A stretch of 64,000 nucleotides of DNA from contig OZ024748.1 of the NCBI GenBank assembly GCA_964016885.1, positions 22,258,001 to 22,322,000 on the forward strand. The letters are read 5' to 3'. The notes under the pieces are model-generated. The model was not told the origin of the DNA and did no database searches. It was given only the letters and a program-made list of their open reading frames with translations. Shown piece by piece: positions 15,850 through 29,584 of this stretch. The position numbers and the translations under genes were made by a program. This DNA is from Eledone cirrhosa. Taxonomy: Eukaryota. Numbering within the stretch: position 1 is the stretch's first letter; each line of letters begins with the position of its first letter.

Positions 15850-16020
15850 ACACAAGGTCAGTATTTTGGGGGAAGGGTTAAGTCGATTATATCCACTCAG
15901 TTCCTAACGAGTACATAGTTTTAGCGACACTGGAAGGATGGAAGCAAAGTTGACCTCGGCAGGATTTGAACTCAGAACGTAGAAAGTCGTAACTAAATGT
16001 CGCAAAGCGTTTTGTCTGAC
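15850..16020 (-). mobile_element. SINE family A, diverged
   Basis: gcaaagttgacctcggcaggatttgaactcag is the reverse complement of the B-box region. Confidence 0.7.
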
Positions 16021-16054
16021 ACCCCACTATGTCTGACAAAAAGAAACGGAATGG

Positions 16055-16230
16055 TCCTTCGGCGGTTTCGACGACGAGTGCCCCAGTTGTTCCAACAACT
16101 GAACAGAAGGCTCACGAAACTAACTTGTAAATGGCTGAGTATTCCATTGACACGTGTACCTTTAACGTAATTCTCGGGGTTATTCAGTATTACATAATGA
16201 TTGACAAAGCTGGACTTTGAATTAAGGTAC
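16055..16230 (+). repeat. Interspersed repeat (also ~30385-30535 on -, ~43788-43900 on +)
   Basis: Shared cggtttcgacga...ggctgagyattcca...acgtgtacc motifs. Confidence 0.6.
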
Positions 16231-16371
16231 TGTGTACCCGACGACTTTCAAATAATTTTCATCTATCTTATTTCACTTACAAGACCTTGATGGACCTATC
16301 ATAAGGCTAAGATACAAAAATACTTGCCTAATATGCCACGATTGATCTAAATGAAGAATCGACCCTAGTAC

Positions 16372-16515
16372 TGGACTGTTAGTTTTTTTTATCGACATTG
16401 AAAGAATGAAAATCCAAGTTGACTTTGATGGACTTTGAACTCAGAGAGAGCAGAAAACCGGGACGAATTCCGCAAATAATTCTATTCGACGTTGTAATGA
16501 CTGACAATTCGCCGC
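16372..16515 (-). mobile_element. SINE family A, old copy
   Basis: ttttatcgac...gaatgaaa...tttgaactcag. Confidence 0.55.
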
Positions 16516-18285
16516 TTATTAAGTTTCTAATAACTTTAAAAAAAAACACTTGTGTTGTAAATGGAATATTAATCATATCTCAAACAAACACACCGTAGGA
16601 CATACAGCGGGGCTTGAAATAGACAAACACGAATAACCCAGCAATTGAATCAGAATTGTAAAACGACTAGAGTTAAACAAATAACTACGATAAAACCTTT
16701 GTAATATTGCACCTTAATACACCAGAACTGAGAGGCTATGAAGATCATGTCTGTTCCAAGATCATTAAATCCATAGCAAATAAATATACAGACGAGAAAT
16801 AAAACTCAAAATCTGTTCAGCAGCAGCTTACTAATATTCTATAGTGCACATGTTTATGATCATAACCTTTATGATTCCTTAAGAGAATTGGTGACGTAAA
16901 GAAACTGAAATAACATCGCTCAGGTATCAAAATAGTGTTGCAAATATGGCTTAATAATAGTTTACTTCATCTATAACCTTTTTCTCCTCACACAAGATAC
17001 TAATAATGATTTCTTACGCAGACAAAGTGTCTTAGTAATATATCGGAGAGAAAACTAAATGTGTAACTTTTCAGTTATAAAATTATTTTTTTAAAATAAC
17101 AAACTAAAAGAAATGTTTTCAGACAGAGACTGGAAAGTGGGTTAAATACCAGACACAGCAAGAAAGTACTGTTCACTTGGTGAGAGCTCATCAACACCAC
17201 CAACAAAAACAAAAGCATAAACATTCGTAGTGGCATTTTGGAGGTCAGTTATCATCCAGGGACTTTCATTGTAATAGTATAAGCGATTTATTAAAATACA
17301 TCGAGCGTTTGTTAAATACTTGCTAGGTGCGACTATCATTGTTGGGTTCTGATTACATGAAAGTAAAATATACATGATTACTTTGATCATACTGTCTAGG
17401 AACATAATTGAAATGAATGTTATGACTACAGCAGTAGAGATAAGGCTCTCTCGTTTGTCCAGACATTGCTGTCTTGAACTAAATTAATGTCGACTTCTTG
17501 ATAACTTGCGGTCTGCATCGTCAAGTATAAGCAAGCTTTCAGCGAGCCGAATATGCAACTCGATTATGATTCTCGGCTATAACCCTTTCATTTGACTTAT
17601 GTCACTAATACCTTGGTGAGGTGAGGCAAGGTGGGGTGGGGACGATACAACTAGATGTCCTATTTCTTCTTTCCGTGAAAACCGAATCCTTGTTGTCTGT
17701 ATAAGAAGGCAAATCCTGATCAACCATTAATTTAAATCCCATTCTCATGTTCTCTTTGATTGATAGTCAGAAATGAAGTGCTATATTTCATATATCCACA
17801 TAAGACTACAATGAATTGGTGGAATAGTATATATGGGTGAGGTTAGTATGTCTAATGTTCCGTTCTGAGATTGAAGAAATTACATGTGATATTTCTAACT
17901 GAACTAATCGTTAAGTAGTATTAAGACAGTACCTGGTCGTCACATACTTCACATCAATAGGTCTATGACAAAATGATACCAGTAATTACTTTAACCATAT
18001 AAATACCAATCTGCCCGAGATTGTACTTAATTTTGATAAAAAATCTCCCTTTCTATATAAGAATATTCTGTTTTGTTTCACTCCATAGCCAAGTTATTTT
18101 ATTAAAATCTCTCCAAATATTTGGTTATTTGTAAAATTAATTTAAAATGCAGACAGTATATTTCCACAGAAATATACCAGCTAAAGGGTTAAGACTATTT
18201 TTCTACTATATTAAGCGTTAAACTAATATATATCTTCATTGTACTGTAACTCTTGTGTTATTTTATCGTTTACACACACACACGC

Positions 18286-18732
<447 letters not shown>

Positions 18733-18824
18733 TTGAAAGGCAAAGTTGACCTCGGTGGGATTTGAACTCCGAGAGGAGAGAGCCGGAACGAATACCATAA
18801 ACCATTCTCTGCGACATTCTAACG

Positions 18825-18885
<61 letters not shown>

Positions 18886-18889
18886 TCAT

Positions 18890-19291
18890 AAATATGACCA
18901 AAAGTTAAACAAGGTTCATTGATTAATCAATGAATATAGTTTTACAATAGATTAGAAGCACTCAACAGTAAAAAGTTTTCTGGAGTTATTAATATTAATT
19001 CAAAATATTAATAAATGTAGACATTCACGTAATCAAAATATATTTTATTATATATATTTCGGAGGTACTGCGCTGTATTTTCAGTACGTCCTCATCAGAT
19101 AAAATACATAAATTGATGTATGACATACCTCAACTGTGCTGATGGTTCAATTTCAGTCTTGGCAGACTGCCAAAACTGGAATTGCTCTGATGAGGACGTA
19201 CTGAAAAAACAGCACAGTACCTCCGAAATATATATAATAAAATATATTTTGATTACGTGAATGTCTCCATTTATTAATATTTTGAATTAAT
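18890..19291 (-). mobile_element. Fold-back mini-element with hammerhead (family B)
   Basis: Inverted arms ~18994-19099 / 19188-19291, ~88 bp spacer, ~100 bp tail containing ttgagtgct on the - strand. Confidence 0.75.
19041..19106 (-). ncRNA. Type I minimal hammerhead ribozyme motif
   Basis: - strand: tattttat-CTGATGA-ggacgtactg(aaaatacagcg)cagtacctcc-GAAA-tatata-TA-ataaaata; perfect 8-bp stem I, 9/10 stem II, palindromic stem III. Confidence 0.85.
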
Positions 19292-19480
19292 GCGGTGGAT
19301 TGGCAGTATCAGTAGAGAGTCGGACGCCATGCTTTCCAGCATAGTTACGTCACTTTACGGTCTGAGTTCAAATCCCGCCGAGGTTAACTTTACCTTTCAT
19401 CCTTACGGGGTCGATAAAATAAAGTACCAGTAATGTACTGGGTAATTGCTGGCCTTGTGCCAAAAGTAGAAACAATTATA
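19292..19480 (+). mobile_element. SINE family A
   Basis: Full A/B boxes and body. Confidence 0.85.
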
Positions 19481-19916
19481 TTCATAAATATATATATACG
19501 AATACCATAAAGCATTCTATCCGACGTTCGTCGCCTTCTATACAGAATAATTCGCTCTAAATAACTTATGCAGAATAACTCACAACATTAATGACTATAG
19601 AATAACTCCTCATGAATAACACATAAACCATCATTTTATTTTGATTCAATAGATTGTAGATCAATGCACTTGGTAAGAGACAATATATGAGAGGATTGCT
19701 TTTATATCGTTATTTGCTTCTAGTTCATCGTTAAGCCAGAATCAAATATATTTTATTAACAGACGTACCGCCATTTTTAAACATAGACGATCTAGAATTA
19801 TATTATCTAATGTCATTAATTTTGTAAAGATGGAATGGTTTAATTGGAATGAGATGAGATTTTGGTGCTATCTATAAGATGACGTTGGGTCAAATAAAAG
19901 ATTGTATGGTTGTAGA

Positions 19917-19979
<63 letters not shown>

Positions 19980-19980
<1 letters not shown>

Positions 19981-20169
19981 GTTATTCCGGGTTGAATCGG
20001 AGGTAACCACAGTAAGTAAGGTACTCAATACATAGCAGAGTATAAAAGTTTTAATATAGATGAGATTCTACAGGACTAGAACTGTTTCATTCTTTAGAAA
20101 TCATCAGGAATCTCCTGATGATTTCTAAAGAATGAAACAGTTCTAGTCCTGTAGAATCTCATCTATATT

Positions 20170-20173
<4 letters not shown>
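19980..20173 (-). mobile_element. Fold-back mini-element (family C) in (TA)n
   Basis: Perfect 61-bp arms 20049-20109 / 20113-20173; CTGATGA-tttctaaagaat-GAAA-cagt-TC core; tail with gtactcaata at 20021. Confidence 0.75.
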
Positions 20174-20261
<88 letters not shown>

Positions 20262-20794
20262 GATAGATAGATAAAGAGAGATAGGGAGTGAGGGAGGGGA
20301 GAGAGAGCGAGATAGATCGATAGATAGAGAGTGAGAGAGGGGGGAGAGAGAAAGATAGATAGATAGAGAGAGAGATAGGGAGTGAAAAAGGGAGAGAGAG
20401 AGTAGAATATATGTCCTATCAGAATTACTAGAGAGGGATCAACGACAAGTGTTGTGCTGTCTCCTCTATTAAACCACTTTATCCAAACGTTGATAGAAAG
20501 GTCAACGTTGAAGTTGACAGGAATCAAACAAAGATATATCTTTCCACTGTTAAGACCTACTATAGGTGTTCAGTGAGTGATGTAAGGGACAATTGATTAG
20601 GTCTTTGAGTTGGATAAAGAAGGATGTTTCAACTACACATGAGTCAAAGGTTAAATTTGTTCCGACATCTGTGAATAGTTTTCATTACACAAAATTGCAG
20701 CCTGTTATATTCATGTCTTGCTAAAGGTATTCATCTTTTTACTCCAAACCATCTGAAACAGTTTGTTTTAATGTGTTTATATTTATCTAAAATC

Positions 20795-21265
20795 CTTCTT
20801 CTTCTTCGCCCACTTATTCCTGAGAGGATCGTGGGAGTAGAGTCCTCAAATAATCCTTCCAGCTGGTCTTATCAGAAGCAACCGTCTCTAACTGATCCGG
20901 CTGGATTACCAAGCGTGACCAGCCAAGCTCATTGATGTTATCCAACCATCTTGCTCGGGGTCTGCATCTGAGTCTCTTGACGGTTGGTTTTGCCCGTAAA
21001 ATCTGTCCAACGATTTTTTCCTGAGACATTCTAACCACGCGCCCATAATGTCAGAACTATGATCTCTCATTTCGGAGAGGCGATTCTACCTTAAGTGACT
21101 CTCTGTTCTCCGAGCTACGCATTTTATCGAGTACCGTTACTCCAAATACCCTTCGGATGAATCCCATTTCGGTCACTACCCAAGATTCATAACCATAGGT
21201 AAGGTTTGGCACGAAAACCAAATTGAAGATAGCGAGTTTGGTTTTTACGTCTACCTCCCTTCTTC
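20795..21265 (-). mobile_element. RTE-clade LINE 3' fragment, degenerate
   Basis: VRMSQEKIVGQIL..KR.R.RPRARWLDNI..W C-terminal motif; (GAA)n tail. Confidence 0.75.
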
Positions 21266-21863
21266 TAGAACCCTTTCGTCATAATTTTATGTAAGAACCT
21301 TTAAGTATTTTATCTTCCAAACGCCAGCTTAATAATGAGAAAGTTAGTTAGTTAAATTACTAAATCTTTCCAAATTATTGATTATTTTCAAAATTATTTA
21401 AAAATTATAAGCAGGGTCTTTCATTAGAAAGTAGTAACGAAAGAGTTAACACAAATATATGAATTAGAAACAGGAACCCGAAACCAGATAGAACCAGGCC
21501 TAGTTGTATTAGTTATACACTGAATATTATGGTAATAGTCTTTTGTTCTTCTATTTGCCTGTCATCCTTTCAAGATCGATAAATAAAGTACCGTTCCAGT
21601 ACTGGAGCCAAACTTCTCTTTCCGTCCCCTCTCTCTCTATCTCATATATATATATATATTCTTTTACCTGTTTCAGCCATCCGGCTGAGGCCATGCTGGG
21701 GCACCGCCTACTAGAAAATATGAAATTCTCTGCATCGTGAATGTATTATGTAGGTATCGGGCCAAGTAGATTTCGATTCTTAGTTAGGTTCCCTAAACTT
21801 CATGTACATTGATAATGACTACCATCCCTATAAATGTGAAGCTTAATAGGAAAGAAAGTGGGA

Positions 21864-24800
21864 GAACAACAGCAACTCCAACAACGACAACAACAACTCC
21901 AACAACAACAATACCAACAACAGCACCAACACTACCACTACCACCAACACCACCACCACCACCACCACCACCACCAACAACAACAACTCCAACAACAACA
22001 ATACCAACAACAGCACCAACACTACCACTACCACCAACACCACCACCAACACCACCACCACCACCAACACCACCACCACCACCAACAACAACAACTCCAA
22101 CAACAACAATACCAACAACAGCACCAACACTACCACTACCACTACCACCAACACCACCACCAACACCACCACCACCAACAACAACTCCAACAACAACAAC
22201 AACTCCAACAACAACAATACCAACAACAGCACCAACACTACCACTACCACCACCACCAACACCACCACCACCAACAACACCACCACCAACAACAACACCA
22301 CCAACAACAGCACCAACACTACCACTACCACCACCACCAACAACACCACCACCACCACCACCAACAACACCACCACCAACAACAACACCACCAACAACAA
22401 CAACTCCAACAACAACAACAGCACCAACACCACCAACAACACCACCACCACCAACAACAACAACAACTCCAACACCACCAACAACAACAACAACTCCAAC
22501 AACAACAATACCAACAACAGCACCAACATTACCACTACCACCACCACCACCACCACCACCAACACCACCACCAACAACACCACCACCAACAACACCACCA
22601 CCACCACCACCACCAACAACACCAACAACACCACCACCAACACCACCACCACCACCACCAACAACAACTCCAACAACAACAACAACTCCAACAACAACAA
22701 TACCAACAACAGCACCAACACTACCACTACCACCACCACCACCACCACCACCACCACCACCAACAACAACACCAACAACACCACCACCACCACCACCACC
22801 ACCAACACCACCAACAACACCACCACCACCAACAACACCACCACCACCACCACCACCAACAACACCACCAACACCACCACCAACACCACCACCACCACCA
22901 CCAACAACAACTCCAACAACAACAACACCACCAACAACAACAACTCCAACAACAACAACAGCACCAACACCACCAACAACACCACCACCACCAACACCAC
23001 CACCACCAACAACAACAACTCCAACAACAACAATACCACCAACACCACCACCACCAACAACAACAACTCCAACAACAACAATACCACCAACACCACCACC
23101 ACCACCAACAACACCAACAACACCACCACCAACAACACCACCACCAACAACAACAACAACTCCAACAACAACAATACCAACAACAGCACCAACACTACCA
23201 CTACCACCACCACCACCACCACCAACACCACCACCACCACCAACAACACCAACAACACCACCACCAACAACACCACCACCACCAACAACAACAACTCCAA
23301 CAACAACAATACCACCAACACCACCACCACCACCAACAACACCAACAACACCACCACCAACAACACCACCACCACTAACAACAGCAACTCCAACAACAAC
23401 AATACCAACAACAGCACCAACACTACCACTACCACCACCACCACCACCACCACCAACAACACCACCACCACCACCAACAACACCAACAACACCACCACCA
23501 ACAACACCACCACCACCAACAACAACAACTCCAACAACAACAATACCAACAACAGCACCAACACTACCACTACCACCACCAACACCACCAACAACACCAC
23601 CACCACCAACAACAACAACTCCAACAACAACAATACCAACAACAGCACCAACACTACCACTACCACCACCACCACTACCACCACCAACACCACCACCACC
23701 ACCACCACCACCAACAACACCACCACCACCACCAACAACACCAACAACACCACCACCACCAACACCAACACCACCAACAACACCACCACCACCAACAACA
23801 ACAATACCAACAACAGCACCAACACTACCACTACCACCACCACCACTACCACCACCACCACCACCACCAACAACAACAACAACTCCAACAACAACAATAC
23901 CAACACCACCACCAACACTACCACTACCACCACCACCACTACCACCACCAACACCACCACCACCACCAACAACAACAACAACTCCAACAACAACAATACC
24001 AACACCACCACCAACACTACCACTACCACCAACACCACCAACAACACCACCACCAACACCACCAACAACTCCAACAACAACAATACCAACAACAGCACCA
24101 ACACTACCACTACCACTACCACCAACACCACCAACAACACCACCACCAACACCACCAACAACTCCAACAACAACAATACCAACAACAGCACCAACACTAC
24201 CACTACCACTACCACCAACACCACCACCAACAACACCACCACCACCAACAACAACAACTCCAACAACAACAATACCAACAACAGCACCAACACTACCACT
24301 ACCACCACCACCAACACCACCAACAACACCACCACCAACACCACCACCACTCCAACAACAACAATACCAACAACAGCACCAACACTACCACTACCACCAC
24401 CAACACCACCACCAACAACACCACCACCACCAACAACAACAACTCCAACAACAACAATACCACCAACAACACCACCACCACCAACACCAACACCACCAAC
24501 AACACCACCACCACCAACAACAACAGCAACTCCAACAACAACAATACCAACAACAGCACCAACACTACCACTACCACCACCACCACCACCACCACCAACA
24601 CCACCACCACTCCAACAACAACAATACCAACAGCAGCACCAACACTACCACTACCACCACCACCAACACCACCAACAACACCACCACCACCAACACCACC
24701 AACAACTCCAACAACAACAATACCAACAACAGCACCAACACTACCACTATCACCACCAACACCACCACCAACAACACCACCACCACCAACAACAACAACT

Positions 24801-24960
24801 CCAACAACAACAATACCAACAACAGCACCAACACTACCACTACCACCACCACCAACACCACCACCAACACCACCACCACCAACACCACCAACAACACCAC
24901 CACCACCAACACCACCACCACTCCAACAACAACAATACCAACAGCAGCACCAACAACAGC
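21864..24960. repeat. (CCA/CAA)n complex satellite with a higher-order unit
   Basis: Recurring actccaacaacaacaataccaacaacagcaccaacactaccactacca; open in several frames on both strands. Confidence 0.9.
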
Positions 24961-25432
24961 GACAGCGACAGAAAGCTAATAGCGAGGATAATTGAAAATG
25001 GTGGTCTGTTTTATATAGGAAAACGAAAAGTAGCGTTACATACAATATTTGTATGAGTTTTAGTTTGTATATCAACCAGCTCAGTATCGTACACCATCCC
25101 ACCCACACTAAATAAAAGCCATCTCAACCTTCGCTATCATCTATACAACTACATTGGGATGATATGGCGCGCGTCTTGAAACTTTACATGTTATCAATGT
25201 CAACGTCTCAATATTATTCTCTCGCTAAAGACGGTCAAATGCTAAAGGTAAGTATGTCGCTGTCTCTTTGTGCGACAATTTCCTCACCTAGCCTCTATTG
25301 TCACCATATCCCCACCCTGTTCCTCACCAGCCACTCTCTTTTATCCAAACATCACCTGTAAAAGAATAGGATGATGAATTTTGTTTGAACGTTGACCGAT
25401 ATTTGGCATTGTCAGCTTCAAATGGGTTGACA

Positions 25433-26295
25433 TTGTTGTTGTTGTTGTTGTTGTTGTTGTCGTTATTGCTGCTGTTGTTGTTGTTGTTGTTGTTGATGTT
25501 ACTATTGTTATGGTTATTGTTATTGTTGTTGCTGTTGTTATCGTTGTTATTGTTGTCATTGTTGCTATTACTGTCGTTGTTATTGTTACTGTTGTCATTG
25601 TTGTTACTTTTGTTGTTGTCATTGTTGTTATTGTTGTTACTGTTGTTACTGTTAATACTGTTGCTGTTGTTATTGTTGTTATTGTTGTTATTGTTGTTAC
25701 TGTTGTTACTGTTAATACTGTTGCTGTTGTTATTGTTGTTATTGTTGTTATTGTTGTTACTGTTGTTACTGTTAATACTGTTGCTGTTGTTATTGTTGTT
25801 ATTGTTGTTACTGTTGTTACTGTTGTTACTGTTATTGTTGTTATTGTTGTTATTGTTGTTATTGTTGTTATTGTTGTTATTGTTGTTATTATTGTTACTG
25901 TTGTTATTGTTGTTACTGTTGTTATTGTTGTTACTGTTGTTACTCTTGTTATTGTTGTTACTGTTGTTATTGTTGTTATTGTTGTTATTATTGTTACTGT
26001 TGTTATTGTTGTTATTGTTGCTGTTGTTATTGTTATTGTTGTTATTGTTGTTATTGTTGTTACTGTTGTTATTGTTGTTATTGTTGTTACTGTTGTTATT
26101 GTTGTTATTGTTGTTACTGTTGTTATTGTTGTTATTGTTGTTACTGTTGTTATTGTTGTTATTGTTGATGTTGTTACTATTGTTACAGTTTCTGTTGCTA
26201 TTGTTATTCCAGTTACTGTTGTTATTGTTGTTATACTTGTTAATATTTGCTATTGTTGTTGCTATTGTTATTGATGTTGATATTTGTTATTGTTA
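25433..26295. repeat. (GTT/ATT/ACT)n complex microsatellite
   Basis: Directly visible. Confidence 0.9.
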
Positions 26296-26296
26296 T

Positions 26297-26530
26297 GGCG
26301 GTGAATTGGCTGAATTGGTAGAGCGTCAGATACAATGCTATCGTGGTATTTGCTGTAACTCTTTACATTCTGAGTTCAAATCCGGCCAAAGTTAAATATG
26401 TCTTTCATACTTCCAGGGTCGATAAATAAAGTAGCAGTGATTGATTGATTTAATCAACTGGGATTGATTTAATCAACTTAACCTTCCTACTAATTTGCTG
26501 GCCCTGTACCTAAATTATAAATCAATATTT
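26297..26530 (+). mobile_element. SINE family A, diverged
   Basis: ggcggtgaattggctgaattggtagagcg...gagttcaaatcc...gggtcgataaataaagta. Confidence 0.7.
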
Positions 26531-26557
26531 ATTGTTGTTACCTGTTTAGACACAGAG

Positions 26558-26619
<62 letters not shown>

Positions 26620-26623
<4 letters not shown>

Positions 26624-27165
26624 TATTAAAAAAATAATGAATAAACAAAGAAACAGTTCCTTATATTAAACAAAAAAAGTTCATTATTTTACGATCGTTT
26701 CTAGGACATATATGTGTTAGAATTGGTATGCATATTCAAAAGATCTATGTACAAAATTATACAAACTATCAGAGGGAATATACATACCTTCACATATATA
26801 TGCTGTCTTCAGAAATAATTATTTCTGAAATAATTATTTCTGAAGACAGCATATATATGTGAAGGTATGTATATTCCCTCTGATAGTTTGTATAATTTTG
26901 TACATAGATCTTTTGAATATGCATACCAATTCTAACACATATATGTCCTAGAAACGATCGTAAAATAATGAACTTTTTTTGTTTAATATAAGGAACTGTT
27001 TCTTTGTTTATTCATTATTTTTTTAATAATTTATCTTGACTTTGTTTTCCGTTTATCTTTCACCGAAAGTGATTTTTGAATGCATCTCTTCTTTCCATGA
27101 TATCCGGATTACATTGAGTTCTTCATACGGATTGGACACTACCGTAAACTTTTGGTAGATTTATT

Positions 27166-27168
<3 letters not shown>
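26620..27168 (+). mobile_element. Fold-back mini-element (family D) in (TA)n
   Basis: ~200 bp perfect arms 26620-26820 / 26833-27032, ~135 bp tail containing ttgagttct; pure (TA)n on both sides. Confidence 0.8.
26833..26969 (+). ncRNA. Hammerhead ribozyme motif with 104-nt extended stem II
   Basis: attattt-CTGAAGA-[104 nt including ggtatgtatattc/gaatatgcatacc]-GAAA-cgatcg-TA-aaataat; perfect 7-bp stem I. Confidence 0.65.
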
Positions 27169-27233
<65 letters not shown>

Positions 27234-27238
<5 letters not shown>

Positions 27239-27492
27239 CTCTGTGTCTAAACAGATGTTCTTTTGATCAATTACATTTTATTATACATATTTCGGATGTA
27301 CAACAGTACGTCCTCATCAGACAAAATATAATGATACATGACATACCCTGAGATGTTAAATGGTTAAGATTTAATCAAGGTAGTCAACTATTTTAATATT
27401 AATAACTCAAAAAAATTATTCCCGTTGAGTGCTTCCAATCTACTGTAAAACTCATTCTTTGACATAATCATTGAATATTGTTTAACAATTCA
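27234..27492. mobile_element. Family B mini-element, second copy (inverted hammerhead segment joined to tail)
   Basis: Homologous to 18900-19160; tail on + strand, hammerhead on - strand. Confidence 0.7.
27275..27327 (-). ncRNA. Type I minimal hammerhead ribozyme motif
   Basis: - strand: attttgt-CTGATGA-ggacgtac(tgtt)gtacatcc-GAAA-tatgta-TA-ataaaat. Confidence 0.8.
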
Positions 27493-27678
27493 ATATATAT
27501 ATACTGTATATATATGTATGTATATATATATGTATATATGTATGTATATATATGTATAGATATATGTATATATATATGTATATATATATGTATATACATA
27601 TATGTATATATATATGTATATATATATATGTATATACATATATGTATATATATATATGTATATATATATGTATATACA

Positions 27679-27737
<59 letters not shown>

Positions 27738-27959
27738 CGTTTCTGAATTTGTTTAGCAAGATTCTTTATCTGAAATCGTGTGTTGAAACCGATATTGTTA
27801 TACTTTGGGAGGGTCATGTTGCCAATAAGAAACACACGCACCAGTTGCTTTCACTTCAATTTATTATATATTTATAAATTTATAAATTTACAAATCTACA
27901 AACCTATAAATTTCTGGTTGGTTGGTTGGTTCCACAACCAGATAGTTGTTTATATATAT

Positions 27960-28004
27960 AGTCATAGTCCTTTCGTCACACACTCTGTGACCTCTTCAGT
28001 GACT
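27960..28004 (-). ncRNA. Minimal hammerhead ribozyme motif in PLE 3' UTR
   Basis: agtca-CTGAAGA-g-gtcaca(gagtg)tgtgac-GAAA-ggac-TA-tgact. Confidence 0.8.
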
Positions 28005-28290
28005 GGGGATTCCTTTCTTCTCTTCGTTTCTGTGCCTTTTCTTTCTTCTATCCTACGCCATTTTGTTTCTGTGTGTGTGTTGTGTGCTCAGTTTGCGCAT
28101 GTGCCACATCCGGGTGTCTGTGTGTGTTTGTGTTCATTTTTCTATTTGTTTATTTATTTATTTATTGTTGGTTGGTTGTTTGTTCTATGTGTGTGTGTGT
28201 TTTCATTTTGTCCTGCGTGTGTTTTCATTTTGTGTGTGTTTTCAATTGTAAGTTGTTTGTTCTATGTGTGTGTGTGTTTTTATTTTGTCC

Positions 28291-29200
28291 TTAATTGTAA
28301 GTTGTGATGTTGCTGTTCCACTCATATTTTCTATTTAATTTTGGTTTTAATTCTTTTATGCTTACTGCCTCTGTAATTTGCCTAAACATTGCGTCTTTTC
28401 TGTGCGTGGATTCTATTTTTATTTCTATGCTCTCTAATCTACCCCTGTGTTCTATCTTAGCATGTTGGTAGAGCACAGATGATTCTTTATTATCTTGGAG
28501 GTCTCGCCAGTGTTCATTTATTCGTTCCCCTATACTACGAGCTGTCTCACCTATGTACACTATATTTTTTTTACATTGTCCTTCAGTACATCTTATGCTA
28601 TACACTACATTTCTAGTTTTACAGTTAATATGGGGGCTTATTTTACAGGTTATACATTTCTTATCTATACATGGGGGTCCTTGGAACGGGTATGTCTTGC
28701 TAATAAGTGTTTTTACGGAGGTACCAGGTCTTTCTACTATCTTAATATTGAGATTATGTTTATTTAGGGCCCTTCTAAATTTGTAGGCTAGTTCGCCTCT
28801 AGGGGTTGTATTGACGAACATTACACTCTGGTATTTATTGCTATCATACCATGAGTTTATTCTATTGGCCTTGTTCCTAGTTCTTTCTATTCTATTCCAA
28901 AATTTGCTCCTATACAAGGGGCAGGTCCCATTTATGTCATTATTTACCATTTTTTCCCATTTGGTTCTGGCTCCTTTATACACTCTGATTCTATCTCTCT
29001 GATTGTAGCCAGAGAACTGCATACGGTGGATGAAATGTTGTATGTGTCTCTCTAGTTCTTCGGGGTTGCACATGCGGGACACATTTCTCATCACCCGTAC
29101 CAAATCCGCAATCAGTATGTTGATTTTGGTATGGTCCGAAATGGCCGAGTTTCGGTGGATCAGATGTTTGGAAGTCATGGGTTTGGCATAATAAAGACCC
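28291..29200 (-). pseudogene. PLE ORF C-terminus: RT thumb + Cys linker + GIY-YIG endonuclease (5'-truncated, no internal stop)
   Basis: YAKPMTS..IHRNSA..FIHRMQFSGY; PCIDKKCITC; NVVYSIRC..C..VYIGETARSIGERINEH..LYQH..H..RQITEA..LN; the first ~40 aa of the track ORF is antisense of the inverted arm. Confidence 0.9.
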
Positions 29201-29201
29201 T

Positions 29202-29584
29202 CATGTATAGATAAGAAATGTATAACCTGTAAAATAAGCCCCCATATTAACTGTAAAACTAGAAATGTAGTGTATAGCATAAGATGTACTGAAGGACAAT
29301 GTAAAAAAAATATAGTGTACATAGGTGAGACAGCTCGTAGTATAGGGGAACGAATAAATGAACACTGGCGAGACCTCCAAGATAATAAAGAATCATCTGT
29401 GCTCTACCAACATGCTAAGATAGAACACAGGGGTAGATTAGAGAGCATAGAAATAAAAATAGAATCCACGCACAGAAAAGACGCAATGTTTAGGCAAATT
29501 ACAGAGGCAGTAAGCATAAAAGAATTAAAACCAAAATTAAATAGAAAATATGAGTGGAACAGCAACATCACAACTTACAATTAA
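29202..29584 (+). pseudogene. Inverted duplicate of the GIY-YIG domain
   Basis: Same peptide as the 28291-28673 minus-strand segment. Confidence 0.9.

Noticed and set aside
17142-17405. 87-aa ORF in unique sequence
   Set aside because: No recognisable motif; length expected by chance
21809-24979. 1056-aa Pro/Thr mucin/extensin-like ORF
   Set aside because: Trinucleotide satellite lacking stops in several frames and strands; TTG start; frame slips to poly-Q/H then N/T; no signal peptide or domain
25140-25255. Host exon ending aag|gtaagt
   Set aside because: Only a donor match; no recognisable peptide or convincing acceptor
29201-29322. N-terminus of the 343-aa minus-strand ORF
   Set aside because: It is antisense of the inverted arm, fortuitously in frame across the junction
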